NCBI GenBank assembly: GCA_049426725.1
Contig: JBMSYN010000004.1
Coordinates: 64,014 to 128,013 of the forward strand
From: Candidatus Kapaibacteriota bacterium
GTDB lineage: Bacteria; Bacteroidota; Ignavibacteria; Kapaibacteriales; UBA961
Direction: 5' to 3'
Length of the DNA: 64,000 bases
Part shown: positions 29,193 through 38,669 of the stretch, piece after piece
How the letters are laid out: each line of letters opens with the position of its first letter
How positions within the stretch are numbered: position 1 is the first letter of the stretch
Made by a program: the position numbers and the translations under genes
The notes under the pieces: generated by a model
Databases searched by the model: none
Seen by the model: only the letters and a program-made list of their open reading frames with translations
What the model was told of the DNA's origin: nothing

Positions 29193-30233
29193 ATGTTCAG
29201 AAGCATTACGGTTTCAGCAATTAAACGCTTGACCCCACAAGCAGTCGCAATTTCATTCTCGGTTCCGGAAGACTTGCGCGAGGAGTTTTCTTATGCACCG
29301 GGACAATATATTACCTTGAAAATTGAAGTTGATGGTCAGAAAGTGAATAGAGCATATTCGCTCTGCTCTTCACCATTTTCCGGTGAACCTCATACAATTG
29401 GCGTAAAACAAACAGAACAAGGATTGGCATCAACATTCCTCAATACTGAATTGTCAATCGGAGATACCCTGCAAGTGATGAAACCAATGGGGAATTTTAC
29501 TCTGCAAGTGCAATCGGATAGAGCGCGCCACATCATCTTGATTGGTGGTGGAAGCGGTATCACACCACTACTTTCCATTGCTAAAAGTGCATTGTTGAAA
29601 GAAACGCAATCAAAGGTCACATTGATTTATGGAAATAAGGATCAACAATCGATCATGTTTCGTGATGAATTGAATGAATTATCCAATGGAAATGATGCTT
29701 TCACGATGATCAATGTGCTGGAAGATTCCGGTGGAGATCATCAAGGAATCTTGAACAAAGAAATGTTGCAAATGTTGCTCTCATCATACATAAGTGAAAA
29801 CAATGCTGAATTCTTCATTTGTGGTCCATCGCCGGTCATGGCACATGCCGAATCAGTGCTTGAACAATATGCAGTCCCCAAAGAGCGGATTCATCGTGAG
29901 TTTTTCACAGCGCCTTTGACAATTGATGAAGAATCTGCTGAAAAGCCTGAAACTTCTGAAAAGCAGATTGGCGTAACTTTATACGGAAAATCCTATGAGA
30001 TTGTGGTCAATCCGGGTGAAACGATTCTCGAGGCAGGCATTAGACAGCAATTGGATCCGCCTTATGCATGTCAAATTGCGGCTTGTTGTACCTGTAGGGC
30101 AAAATTGCGAAGTGGTCAAGTACACATGGACAGCAGAGAAGCCCTCACTGATGATGAAATAGAAGAAGGATATATCCTGACCTGCCAAGCGCATCCATTG
30201 ACCGATGATGTCATCGTAGATTTTGATGGATGA
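29193..30233 (+). CDS. FNR-type oxidoreductase with FAD-binding, NAD(P)H-binding and a C-terminal plant-type 2Fe-2S ferredoxin domain (PaaE/PaaK-like)
   Basis: RAYS FAD motif (NRAYSLCS), glycine-rich NAD motif LIGGGSGITP, and a C-terminal CQIAACCTCRAKL..ILTCQAHP cysteine pattern of 2Fe-2S ferredoxins. Confidence 0.8.
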   Translation: MFRSITVSAIKRLTPQAVAISFSVPEDLREEFSYAPGQYITLKIEVDGQKVNRAYSLCSSPFSGEPHTIGVKQTEQGLASTFLNTELSIGDTLQVMKPMGNFTLQVQSDRARHIILIGGGSGITPLLSIAKSALLKETQSKVTLIYGNKDQQSIMFRDELNELSNGNDAFTMINVLEDSGGDHQGILNKEMLQMLLSSYISENNAEFFICGPSPVMAHAESVLEQYAVPKERIHREFFTAPLTIDEESAEKPETSEKQIGVTLYGKSYEIVVNPGETILEAGIRQQLDPPYACQIAACCTCRAKLRSGQVHMDSREALTDDEIEEGYILTCQAHPLTDDVIVDFDG

Positions 30234-30308
30234 TCATAGATGGCATTGATGAATTGCCGAGCATGACTATTTTTGTGTCATGCTCTTTTTTTTACTACTG
30301 AATCAACT

Positions 30309-32087
30309 ATGAAAATACTGCGCCTACTCCTTGCTTTTTTGATGCTCATCACATCTGTTCATGCTGATGAAAGAATTGACAGATTGAAAAAACATGTGAA
30401 ATACCTTGCTTCGGAAGAATTGGAAGGGAGAGCTCCCGGAACAAAAGGAAATGCTCTTGCGGCTGAATACATACAAGATCAATTCAAAAAGATTGGTCTA
30501 AAAACATATGGATCTTCACAATATTTTCAACAATTTTCGATTGTGACGGATATTCAATTGAATCCCAAGGGGAATGCACTCAGCATCATGGGTGGTGTGA
30601 AAGAACAAAATCTATCAATCAATAAAAACTATATTCCACTTGGAATAAGTGATAATGGAACTGCGGATTGCCCTATTGTTTTTGCGGGTTATGGAATTTC
30701 TTCACCCTCAGACAAATACGATGATTATGCAGGTATTGATGTCAAAGATGCCATTGTCATCGTTATGCGTGGCGCACCGGAACAAGATAATCCTCATGGA
30801 AATCTTTCTCAATTTGCTGCGCTGCGTAGTAAAGCAATGACTGCAAAAGAAAAGGGTGCCAAAGCATTGATATGCGTTTCCGGTTCACAATTTCCGGATT
30901 CTCTGCTTGGATTGAGATATGAGCAAGGCGGAAAAGTAGAGGGGATGCTTGTTGTAAATGTATTGTCATCCACATTGGAACAGATGATTCCCACATTGAA
31001 GATTGCAATGCATGATAGTATCATCAAAGCAACAAAATCTCCATCAAGTTTTTCATTGCCACAAATTCGCATGCGACTTTCCGTTTCACTGAAAGAAAAA
31101 ACAGTGAATACTTCCAATGTGATAGGATATCTTCCGGGTACAGATCCAACATTATCAAATGAAGTGATTGTGATTGGAGCACATTTTGATCATCTTGGCT
31201 GGGGAGGAGAGGGTTCCGGAACGCTCGCAAGTACAAAAGAAAAAGCAATTCACCATGGTGCTGATGACAATGCATCAGGTACTGCAGGATTGATTGAAAC
31301 TGCTTATGAGCTTTCAAAAAAGCCATTGAAAAGACCCATCATGTTTATAGGTTTTACCGCTGAAGAAAGAGGTCTATTGGGATCTGCACATTTTGTGAAA
31401 TCACCTGTCATTGGTTTGGACAGTATTTGTATGATGATCAATATGGACATGATCGGAAGATTGAAAGACGGAAAATTGAACATCGGAGGGATTGGAACTT
31501 CCGCAGGGTTCAAACCCCTGATGGATTCAATTGGAAAATTACATGCTCTGACATTGTCTTTCACAGAAGATGGATTTGGTCCAAGTGATCATGCTTCCTT
31601 TTATGGTAAAGAAAAACCCGTCTTGTTTTTCTTCACCGGTTTGCATTCAGACTATCACAGACCGAGCGATACCTGGGAAAAAATTCAATATGAAGGTGAA
31701 TCCACGATTGTGAATATGGTATTGCAAACATTGGATTTCATTGGTAATGCAGGCAAAAAACCAGATTATATAAAAGTCAAGTCATCTGCTCAGCCAGGTC
31801 AAGCAATGTCATTCAAAGTTTCATTGGGAATTACGCCCGATTATAGCGATCATCCCAAGGGAATGAGAATTACCGGAGTTCGTGAAGGTGGTGCTGGTGA
31901 AAAGGCAGGTTTGATTGCCGATGATATCATCATCAAACTTGGCTCAACCATCATTAAAAATGTCTATGATTATACTTTTGCATTGGGAAAATTTAAAGCC
32001 GGAGATACCACCAGCATTACTGTTTTGAGGGGTCCGCGTGAGGACAAAGAAGTGGAATTGCAAGTGACATTCCCTCAAAAAAAATGA
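30309..32087 (+). CDS. Secreted M28-family aminopeptidase with a C-terminal PDZ domain
   Basis: Signal peptide MKILRLLLAFLMLITSVHA. M28 zinc ligand region HFDHLGWG..HHGADDNASGTAGLIE..TAEERGLLGS. The C-terminal PDZ reads ITGVREGGAGEKAGLIADDIIIKLGS. Confidence 0.8.
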   Translation: MKILRLLLAFLMLITSVHADERIDRLKKHVKYLASEELEGRAPGTKGNALAAEYIQDQFKKIGLKTYGSSQYFQQFSIVTDIQLNPKGNALSIMGGVKEQNLSINKNYIPLGISDNGTADCPIVFAGYGISSPSDKYDDYAGIDVKDAIVIVMRGAPEQDNPHGNLSQFAALRSKAMTAKEKGAKALICVSGSQFPDSLLGLRYEQGGKVEGMLVVNVLSSTLEQMIPTLKIAMHDSIIKATKSPSSFSLPQIRMRLSVSLKEKTVNTSNVIGYLPGTDPTLSNEVIVIGAHFDHLGWGGEGSGTLASTKEKAIHHGADDNASGTAGLIETAYELSKKPLKRPIMFIGFTAEERGLLGSAHFVKSPVIGLDSICMMINMDMIGRLKDGKLNIGGIGTSAGFKPLMDSIGKLHALTLSFTEDGFGPSDHASFYGKEKPVLFFFTGLHSDYHRPSDTWEKIQYEGESTIVNMVLQTLDFIGNAGKKPDYIKVKSSAQPGQAMSFKVSLGITPDYSDHPKGMRITGVREGGAGEKAGLIADDIIIKLGSTIIKNVYDYTFALGKFKAGDTTSITVLRGPREDKEVELQVTFPQKK

Positions 32088-32441
32088 TCACATTGCATTG
32101 ATGAGATGTCTGATGGATTGCACTCCGTCTGTGTAATCAATTGCAATCACATCAAATCTGCAAGGCATATCATTGATTTTGTTGATATAAAGATAGCCCT
32201 CTGCGGTGCGTTTCATGGATTGTATCTTTTTGGTCGTGATAGATGCTTCTGGTGGACCAAACTCAAGATTCATTCGAGCTTTAACTTCAATGAATACCAA
32301 AGTGCCATCATGATTGCAGATGATGTCAATCTCGCCAACTCTACCGAATGTGAAATTGCGTTTTAAAATGGAATATCCCGCTTGTTCCAGAAATGAAGCC
32401 GCTGAGTCCTCGGCTTGCGCTCCGGCTTTTCTACGATTCAT
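32088..32441 (-). CDS. yraN: YraN-family (UPF0102) endonuclease-fold protein
   Basis: EDSAASFLEQAGYSILKRNF..GEIDIICNHDGTLVFIEVKAR matches UPF0102. Confidence 0.8.
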   Translation of the reverse strand: MNRRKAGAQAEDSAASFLEQAGYSILKRNFTFGRVGEIDIICNHDGTLVFIEVKARMNLEFGPPEASITTKKIQSMKRTAEGYLYINKINDMPCRFDVIAIDYTDGVQSIRHLINAM

Positions 32442-32470
32442 GAATTATCCCCTGAATGTGCTTTTTGGTG

Positions 32471-33868
32471 TTAAGTCAATCTTCCAAACAATGTTGCGCT
32501 TGATGCTTTTTCAATGATGACAGGAATGATGTCGCCAATCACATAGGGCGCATGCTCATTCTGAGGAAAGATCGCAACTTTGTTTGAATCTGTTCTTCCT
32601 TGCCATTCCATTGGGTTTTTCTTGCTCGGACCTTCCACGAGAATATGTTCAGTTTTTCCGATTAAGGTTTGATTGATTTCACGCGCAATGACATTCTGTT
32701 GATTGATGATTTCATTCAATCTGCGAACTTTTACTTCATCAGGAATATCATCGCCCATTTTCCATGCTTTTGTTCTTTCTCTTGGAGAATACTTGAACAT
32801 ATAAGCGCCATCATATCGCACTTTTCGCATGAGTTCCATTGTTGCTTCATGATCTTCTTCGGTTTCGGTTGGAAATCCTGTGATGATGTCTGTTGATAGT
32901 GCGCAATCAGGCATGAGTTTTTTAATCATCTCGATGCGTTCATAATAATGCTCTACCGGATGAGTTCTATTCATCAAAGACAAAACACGATTGGATCCGG
33001 ACTGCACCGGAAGATGAATGTATTTGCAGATATTCGGATGCATTGCCATTGTTTCAATCAACTGATCGCTCATGTCTTGAGGATGCGAGGTGGTATAACG
33101 AATCCGCATTTCAGGAACAGCTTTTGCGCAAGCATCCAGAAGTTCTGCAAAGTTGTGTCCGGATTGCTCATCGCGATAACTATTCACATTTTGACCAAGC
33201 AATGTGATTTCTTTGAAACCTTGATCGAACAATGATTTTGCTTCATCTACAATTGAAGCGAATGCGCGTGAACGTTCTCTTCCTCGAGTGAAAGGAACCA
33301 CACAATATGTGCAGAACTTGTCGCATCCACGCATGATGGAAACCCAAGCACTGATGCCTTCGGTTCTGAAAGGAAGGATGTCATCATAGGTTTCAACGCG
33401 ACTTAATTTCACGGCTATGCCGCGCTCACCGGAATATGCTTTGGAAATCAATTCCGGCACGGAGCGATATTCATCCGGGCCAACAACCAAATCCACCAAT
33501 TCTTTCTCGAGTAATGTCTCGCGCAAGCGTTCTGCCATGCAGCCAAGAATGCCCACGACCAATTCTTTCTTTCTTTTTTTATAATATTTCAAGTGGTTTA
33601 ATCGTTCATGTATCTTCTTTTCCGCATTGTCGCGAATCGCACAGGTATTGAGAAGAATAACATCTGCCAGTTCAGGTTTGTCTGTCATGGCATAACCACG
33701 ATCATTCATCACGCCTTGAACGATTTCCGTGTCATTGACATTCATTTGGCAGCCATAAGTCTCAACATAGAGTTTGGGTTGATGAGACAAATCCTGCATT
33801 GAGGGCAATGCAGATTCGGACTTTTTCTCTTGAAGAATAGGCAATTCGAGCATACTGTATCGGGTCAT
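32471..33868 (-). CDS. miaB: tRNA-i6A37 methylthiotransferase, a radical SAM enzyme
   Basis: MTTase N-terminus KLYVETYGCQMNVNDTE, radical SAM CxxxCxxC (CDKFCTYCVVP), and a TRAM domain at the C-terminus. The start is set at an internal Met, since the longest ORF adds an implausible hydrophobic extension, and is approximate. Confidence 0.88.
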   Translation of the reverse strand: MTRYSMLELPILQEKKSESALPSMQDLSHQPKLYVETYGCQMNVNDTEIVQGVMNDRGYAMTDKPELADVILLNTCAIRDNAEKKIHERLNHLKYYKKRKKELVVGILGCMAERLRETLLEKELVDLVVGPDEYRSVPELISKAYSGERGIAVKLSRVETYDDILPFRTEGISAWVSIMRGCDKFCTYCVVPFTRGRERSRAFASIVDEAKSLFDQGFKEITLLGQNVNSYRDEQSGHNFAELLDACAKAVPEMRIRYTTSHPQDMSDQLIETMAMHPNICKYIHLPVQSGSNRVLSLMNRTHPVEHYYERIEMIKKLMPDCALSTDIITGFPTETEEDHEATMELMRKVRYDGAYMFKYSPRERTKAWKMGDDIPDEVKVRRLNEIINQQNVIAREINQTLIGKTEHILVEGPSKKNPMEWQGRTDSNKVAIFPQNEHAPYVIGDIIPVIIEKASSATLFGRLT

Positions 33869-33970
33869 GAAAATAGAATACACAAAGATACAAAATTGAT
33901 GGAGTTCTATGGGGGTTCTGAGCTTCGTCAATATCTCCTGTAATTCTCATAATTGGTTGTGAAACAATCC

Positions 33971-33994
33971 TTTTCCACAGGAATTCGTGGAAAA
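33971..33994. promoter_or_regulatory. Inverted repeat TTTTCCAC-N8-GTGGAAAA in the miaB/dnaB divergent intergenic region. A third half-site (CATCCACAAAA) lies 17 nt downstream.
   Basis: The perfect 8-bp arms resemble DnaA-box-like TTTTCCACA motifs. Confidence 0.3.
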
Positions 33995-34082
33995 TCGAGT
34001 CATTTTTTCACATCCACAAAACACAATATCACATATCATAAATAAATACTACTTTTGCACTCCGTTTCACAAAGGATATCCA

Positions 34083-35570
34083 ATGGATCAATCTCAATAT
34101 TTACCCATGCCGGCGGGTGATGACCGCAAGAGGTCAAAACGCTCCGGACAACAATTGCCGATTCCCGCCGAGGGGATGCCCGGGAAAATACCCCCGCATT
34201 CCATTGAAGCGGAGATGGCAGTTATTGGGGCAATGTTGATTGATCGAGCGGCAATCCCAAAAGTCATTGAAATTTTGAAGCTTGATGCATTCTACAAAGA
34301 AGCGCATCGCATCATGTATAAGGGTATTCTTGGTTTGTTTAATCGTGGTGTGGATGTTGACATCACTACGCTCACTGAAGAACTTCGAAGAATTGGAGAA
34401 TTGGATGCGGTTGGTGGATCCTATGCAATCATCGAAGTAACTGCGATGGTACCAACTGCAGCAAATGTTGAACATTATGCGAGAATAGTGCTCGAGCGTT
34501 ATATCAAGCGCTCGCTCATTTCTGTTGCAGGCAATATTCTTGTCAGTGCTTATGATGATACGACAGATGCACTTGAAGAAGTGGATGCAGCTGAGGCAAA
34601 AATCTTTGAAATAGCCGAGCAAAGACTTGGAAAGAACTTCGTATCGCTTAAAGAGCTTGCGATTGAAACATTCAATTTCATCACGAGCATGAGAGAGAAA
34701 GAAATGCAATCGGGGATTTCGGGTGTTCCATCGGGATTCACGAAACTTGATGATATTCTTGGTGGATTTCAAACAGGGGATTTGATTATCATCGCTGCGA
34801 GACCATCGATGGGGAAGACTGCCTTTGCTCTCAGCATTGCCAGGAATGTTGCAGTTGAATATAATTTGCCTGTTGCCTTTTTCTCAATTGAAATGGCTGC
34901 AAATCAGCTTATGATCCGTTTATTGAGTGCTGAAGCTCGAGTGAATGCTCATGATATTCGGACAAATAGATTGCAAAAAACAGAGATGGCGAAGATAACC
35001 ACTTCGATAGATTCTTTGACGCATTCCCCTTTATTGATTGATGATAGTGCAACTTTGACCGTTATGGAGATTCGTGCAAAATGCCGAAGACTGAAAGCTG
35101 AACATGATGTGCAATTGATCATAGTGGACTATTTGCAATTTGTTTCGCCACCGAAGGCAGAAAGTAGAGAGCGTGAAATTTCGATTATATCTCGAACATT
35201 AAAGCAGATAGCAAAAGAATTGAAGATTCCTGTGATTGCTTTGTCTCAGCTCAATCGTGGTGTGGAAGCCCGAGCAGACAAAAGACCAATGCTATCCGAT
35301 CTTCGTGAATCGGGATCGATTGAACAAGATGCAGATGTGGTGATGTTTGTAAATCGTCCTGAGCAATATGGAATATTGACCTGGGAAGATGGGTCTCCAA
35401 CAGAAGGCACAGCAGAGATCATCATTGCAAAACAAAGGAATGGTCCGGTTGGCGATATTCGTTTGGCATATTTGAAAAGTTATGCAAGATTTGAGAATTT
35501 ATCCATCCAATTTGACGAGCCCCCTGCATTTATTGGGCCGGCCGGATCATTGGATGATATTGATTTTTAA
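34083..35570 (+). CDS. dnaB: Replicative DNA helicase
   Basis: N-terminal domain PHSIEAEMAVIGAMLID, Walker A ARPSMGKTAFAL, and the full RecA-like C-terminal domain. The start is at the first plausible ATG, at 34083. Confidence 0.95.
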   Translation: MDQSQYLPMPAGDDRKRSKRSGQQLPIPAEGMPGKIPPHSIEAEMAVIGAMLIDRAAIPKVIEILKLDAFYKEAHRIMYKGILGLFNRGVDVDITTLTEELRRIGELDAVGGSYAIIEVTAMVPTAANVEHYARIVLERYIKRSLISVAGNILVSAYDDTTDALEEVDAAEAKIFEIAEQRLGKNFVSLKELAIETFNFITSMREKEMQSGISGVPSGFTKLDDILGGFQTGDLIIIAARPSMGKTAFALSIARNVAVEYNLPVAFFSIEMAANQLMIRLLSAEARVNAHDIRTNRLQKTEMAKITTSIDSLTHSPLLIDDSATLTVMEIRAKCRRLKAEHDVQLIIVDYLQFVSPPKAESREREISIISRTLKQIAKELKIPVIALSQLNRGVEARADKRPMLSDLRESGSIEQDADVVMFVNRPEQYGILTWEDGSPTEGTAEIIIAKQRNGPVGDIRLAYLKSYARFENLSIQFDEPPAFIGPAGSLDDIDF

Positions 35571-35582
35571 TAAGAGGACACA

Positions 35583-35786
35583 ATGAAACATCAAGAATTG
35601 GCAATAGATGGCATGTCTTGCGGACATTGCGTGAAATCACTCAATAAAGAGTTGTCTGCAATCAAAGGACTGACAGTGCAGGAAGTAGTCATTGGAAAAG
35701 CCGTGATTGAATATGATCCGGAACTGGTGAATGATGAAGACATTCTCCATGCAATAGATGAAGCCGGATTTAGATTGTCGATGTGA
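35583..35786 (+). CDS. copZ: Heavy-metal-associated (HMA) domain metallochaperone, CopZ-like
   Basis: GMSCGHC metal-binding motif in a 67-aa ferredoxin-like fold. Confidence 0.8.
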   Translation: MKHQELAIDGMSCGHCVKSLNKELSAIKGLTVQEVVIGKAVIEYDPELVNDEDILHAIDEAGFRLSM

Positions 35787-35793
35787 TTTGCGC

Positions 35794-36258
35794 ATGCATT
35801 CCCTCATAGCGATTGCATGTCTTTCATTGGCATGTTTATGTAATGTGAGGGCATCCGAAATCCCCACACATGGTTTGACTTTTGGTGTTCAAGCCGGTGA
35901 TGCGGGGAAATCACTCGAGGCGATGTACAGTTATGGGAATTTGATCTATTGGCCTAAAACCAGGATGATCAAGGGCTTGGGGGCAATTTCCATAGGTATG
36001 GAAACAGGTCCTTTAGATGCGGATAGATTCATCATTGCTCCCAAAATTTCGTATACAATGAATTGGTTTGTTTCCTTTGGAGCATCCATGTTGTATTATA
36101 CGGATTTTCAGGGAGGATCTCTGCGATTCCGACCGGAGATTGGAGTGTCGATGCTGGGTTTGAGGGTATATCACGGGTGGAATTTCAGTGTTGACAAGTA
36201 TAATCCTTTGCCAATGAATGCATCATTTGTTGGTTTGACTTATTATGTCAAATTCTGA
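35794..36258 (+). CDS. Small outer-membrane beta-barrel protein, possibly of the PagL/acyloxyacyl-hydrolase-like or OmpW-like class
   Basis: Signal peptide MHSLIAIACLSLACLCNVRAS, alternating amphipathic strands, and a C-terminal F. Confidence 0.45.
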   Translation: MHSLIAIACLSLACLCNVRASEIPTHGLTFGVQAGDAGKSLEAMYSYGNLIYWPKTRMIKGLGAISIGMETGPLDADRFIIAPKISYTMNWFVSFGASMLYYTDFQGGSLRFRPEIGVSMLGLRVYHGWNFSVDKYNPLPMNASFVGLTYYVKF

Positions 36259-37028
36259 TTCCAAGCAAAGATGATATCGCTGATTTGATCGATTCCATCG
36301 GTCAATGCCGCAGGACCTGGTTGCAGAATGACGGAAGATTTGATTTCATGAATCTGTCCTTCTTTGATTGCATTAATGCGATCCCATCCATCCCTTGATC
36401 GTATTTTCTCCGGTTTTACCCCTTTGCCGCACCATGAAGCAATGATGATGTCGGGATTCATGTCGATGATGATATCCGGATTTGCAATGATTCTTCTTTT
36501 TGCATCATGATAAGCGCGATGTTCAGCAAATACATCAATCCCTCCGCATAATTCAATCAATTCACTTACCCATGCAATTCCTGAAATCAATGGGTCAAAC
36601 CATTCTTCAAAGTAAATGCGAGGTCTCTGTTTAAGAAGAGCTGATCGTTCGGCTATGTGATCTATTTTTCTTTCCAAAAATGCCCTATACTCTTCAGCTT
36701 CATCTGATTTATCGATCATCCTTCCCAGCATGGAAATCATGTCCAGAATACCTGCAATCGTTCGATGATTGAAGCAATGTACGGCTATTCCCGAGGCAAT
36801 CAATTGTTGACAAATAGTTGCTTGAAGATCGCTCCATGCAAGAACAAGGTCAGGTTTAAGATTGATGATTTCATCAATGTTTGCATCGAGATAGGTAGAA
36901 ACTTTGGGCTTCGTTTTGCGTGCAATTGCGGGTCTGACGGTAAATCCTGAAATCCCTACAATCATCTCATCGGCACCGATTGCATACAGTGTTTCTGTTG
37001 TTTCTTCCGTAAGGCATACAATCCGCAT
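36243..37028 (-). CDS. BtuF/TroA-like periplasmic-binding-fold protein (cobalamin or iron-siderophore binding), with no obvious signal peptide
   Basis: IVCLTEETTETLYAIGADEMIVGIS..LKPDLVLAW matches class III PBP family members such as BtuF. Confidence 0.7.
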   Translation of the reverse strand: MRIVCLTEETTETLYAIGADEMIVGISGFTVRPAIARKTKPKVSTYLDANIDEIINLKPDLVLAWSDLQATICQQLIASGIAVHCFNHRTIAGILDMISMLGRMIDKSDEAEEYRAFLERKIDHIAERSALLKQRPRIYFEEWFDPLISGIAWVSELIELCGGIDVFAEHRAYHDAKRRIIANPDIIIDMNPDIIIASWCGKGVKPEKIRSRDGWDRINAIKEGQIHEIKSSVILQPGPAALTDGIDQISDIIFAWNQNLT

Positions 37029-37032
37029 GATA

Positions 37033-37794
37033 TCACTCCGATTGTTTTGCCCTTTCGAACATGATGATTGCAGCAGCAGCAGATGCATTCAAAGATTCCA
37101 CATTTCCATGCATCGGAATGCGAATGAGTTTGGTGCATTCTTTTCGAATTGCAGGTCTGATACCTTTGCCTTCACTTCCGATGATCAATATGGTTGGACC
37201 TTCAAAAAGACCTGGCTCTGTGTATAGCGTATCAGCCATGCCATCGGTTCCCAGCACGGAAAATCCTGCCGCCTTGCTATTTCTTATTGCAACGAGTAGT
37301 GAATCAACTTTGCAAATCGGAAGAAATTCCATTGCGCCCGCGGCTGATTTGAATGTTGCCGGGGTAATTGGAGAAGTGTGCTCAATTGTGAGAATCATGC
37401 CGGTGGCACCGGCACATTCTGCGGAGCGTGCAATTGCCCCAACATTATGAGGATCCGTGATTTCATCCAATGCAATGATGAGAGGATTGGCTGTTTTTGC
37501 CATTGATCCATCCAGAAGGTCAAAAAGCTCCACATAGTCAATCATGGCTGTCAGAGCAATAACACCTTGTGCGGAGCCCCTTTCCAAAGGGATTCTTCGC
37601 TCCATATCATTGAATTTCATTTTGTCGGCAATTGCGCAGGCAATGTTCTTTTGCCTGGCTTTCATTCGAATTTCCTCGATTGCATCGCCGGAAGCGCCAT
37701 ATTGCACGAAAATCTTCTCAATTTCTCTGCCTGCGTTCAGAGCTTCGATGACAGCACGTCTGCCATAGAGATAATGACTGTTTGTATTCTTCAT
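37033..37794 (-). CDS. rlmB: TrmH/SpoU-family 23S rRNA 2'-O-methyltransferase (RlmB-like)
   Basis: SPOUT C-terminus ILIIGSEGKGIRPAIRKECTKLIRIPMHGNVESLNASAAAAIIMFE. The start is at an internal Met, because the long ORF adds an unlikely 69-aa extension. Confidence 0.8.
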   Translation of the reverse strand: MKNTNSHYLYGRRAVIEALNAGREIEKIFVQYGASGDAIEEIRMKARQKNIACAIADKMKFNDMERRIPLERGSAQGVIALTAMIDYVELFDLLDGSMAKTANPLIIALDEITDPHNVGAIARSAECAGATGMILTIEHTSPITPATFKSAAGAMEFLPICKVDSLLVAIRNSKAAGFSVLGTDGMADTLYTEPGLFEGPTILIIGSEGKGIRPAIRKECTKLIRIPMHGNVESLNASAAAAIIMFERAKQSE

Positions 37795-37879
37795 TAATTC
37801 GCGGAAAACCCGTATTTTTACAAGCCTTTGCCATCCTTCTGGATGCTTATGTTTCACCGCACAAAGATACAGTAATTCC

Positions 37880-38221
37880 ATGGATCGTCTCGAAACATTC
37901 CCCAATCCTGCTGTCGGCAGACAGTATCGTATCAAACATGTATTGCATGAATTCACATCGGTATGCCCACTCACTGGTTTACCGGACTTTGCTACGGTCA
38001 CGATAGATTATGTGCCTGATGCCATTTGTTTGGAGTTGAAGGCGCTCAAATATTACTTTTTGGAATTTCGCAATATGGGCATCTTCTATGAGGCTGTCAC
38101 GAATAAGATTCTTGATGATCTTGTAGAGCGTTGTAATCCCATTGAGATGACCATTACAACAGACTGGGGAGTTCGTGGTGGCATGTCGAGTGTAATCACC
38201 GCTCAGTATAAGAAGCCATGA
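37880..38221 (+). CDS. queF: NADPH-dependent 7-cyano-7-deazaguanine reductase (preQ0 reductase, single-domain type)
   Basis: Catalytic Cys motif FTSVCPLTGLPDFATV in a protein of about 113 aa. Confidence 0.9.
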   Translation: MDRLETFPNPAVGRQYRIKHVLHEFTSVCPLTGLPDFATVTIDYVPDAICLELKALKYYFLEFRNMGIFYEAVTNKILDDLVERCNPIEMTITTDWGVRGGMSSVITAQYKKP

Positions 38222-38652
38222 TATCCCGCATTGCAAAAGAATTTCATTGGGAGATGGGTCATCGTTTGCCATTCCATGATGGTGGATGTCAGAATATCCA
38301 TGGTCATTCCTATACGATGCGCGTTGAAGTCATTGGTGAAATTGATCCCGCAACGGGAATGGTGATTGATTATTTCGATATGAAATCGCTGGTTCAGCCA
38401 TTGATTGACACATTGGATCATTCCTTTTTGCTGGATTCTTCAGATCAGATACTCGTTGAATTCTTTAAAGAACATCCGATGAAAGTGAATATTGTCGATT
38501 TCTATTCAACTGCGGAGAATATCGCTCACTATATTTTGGCTGAATTGATTCCCGGTTTTTCTGCTTTTCCTTCGGTTCAAAGCATCACCATTCGTCTCAG
38601 AGAAACGGAAAACACATTTGCTGAAGCCGAGCACACATTTCATCGTTCATAA
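38218..38652 (+). CDS. queD: 6-carboxy-5,6,7,8-tetrahydropterin synthase
   Basis: The QueD zinc and catalytic motif HRLPFHDGGCQNIHGHSY. The start overlaps the queF stop. Confidence 0.9.
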   Translation: MISRIAKEFHWEMGHRLPFHDGGCQNIHGHSYTMRVEVIGEIDPATGMVIDYFDMKSLVQPLIDTLDHSFLLDSSDQILVEFFKEHPMKVNIVDFYSTAENIAHYILAELIPGFSAFPSVQSITIRLRETENTFAEAEHTFHRS

Positions 38653-38669
38653 TCATTCAAGAATACACT

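Noticed and set aside
37794-37879. Possible preQ1 riboswitch upstream of queF
   Set aside because: No convincing preQ1-I hairpin plus A-rich tail could be identified in the 85-nt leader. Only a TATTTTTA promoter-like element was seen.
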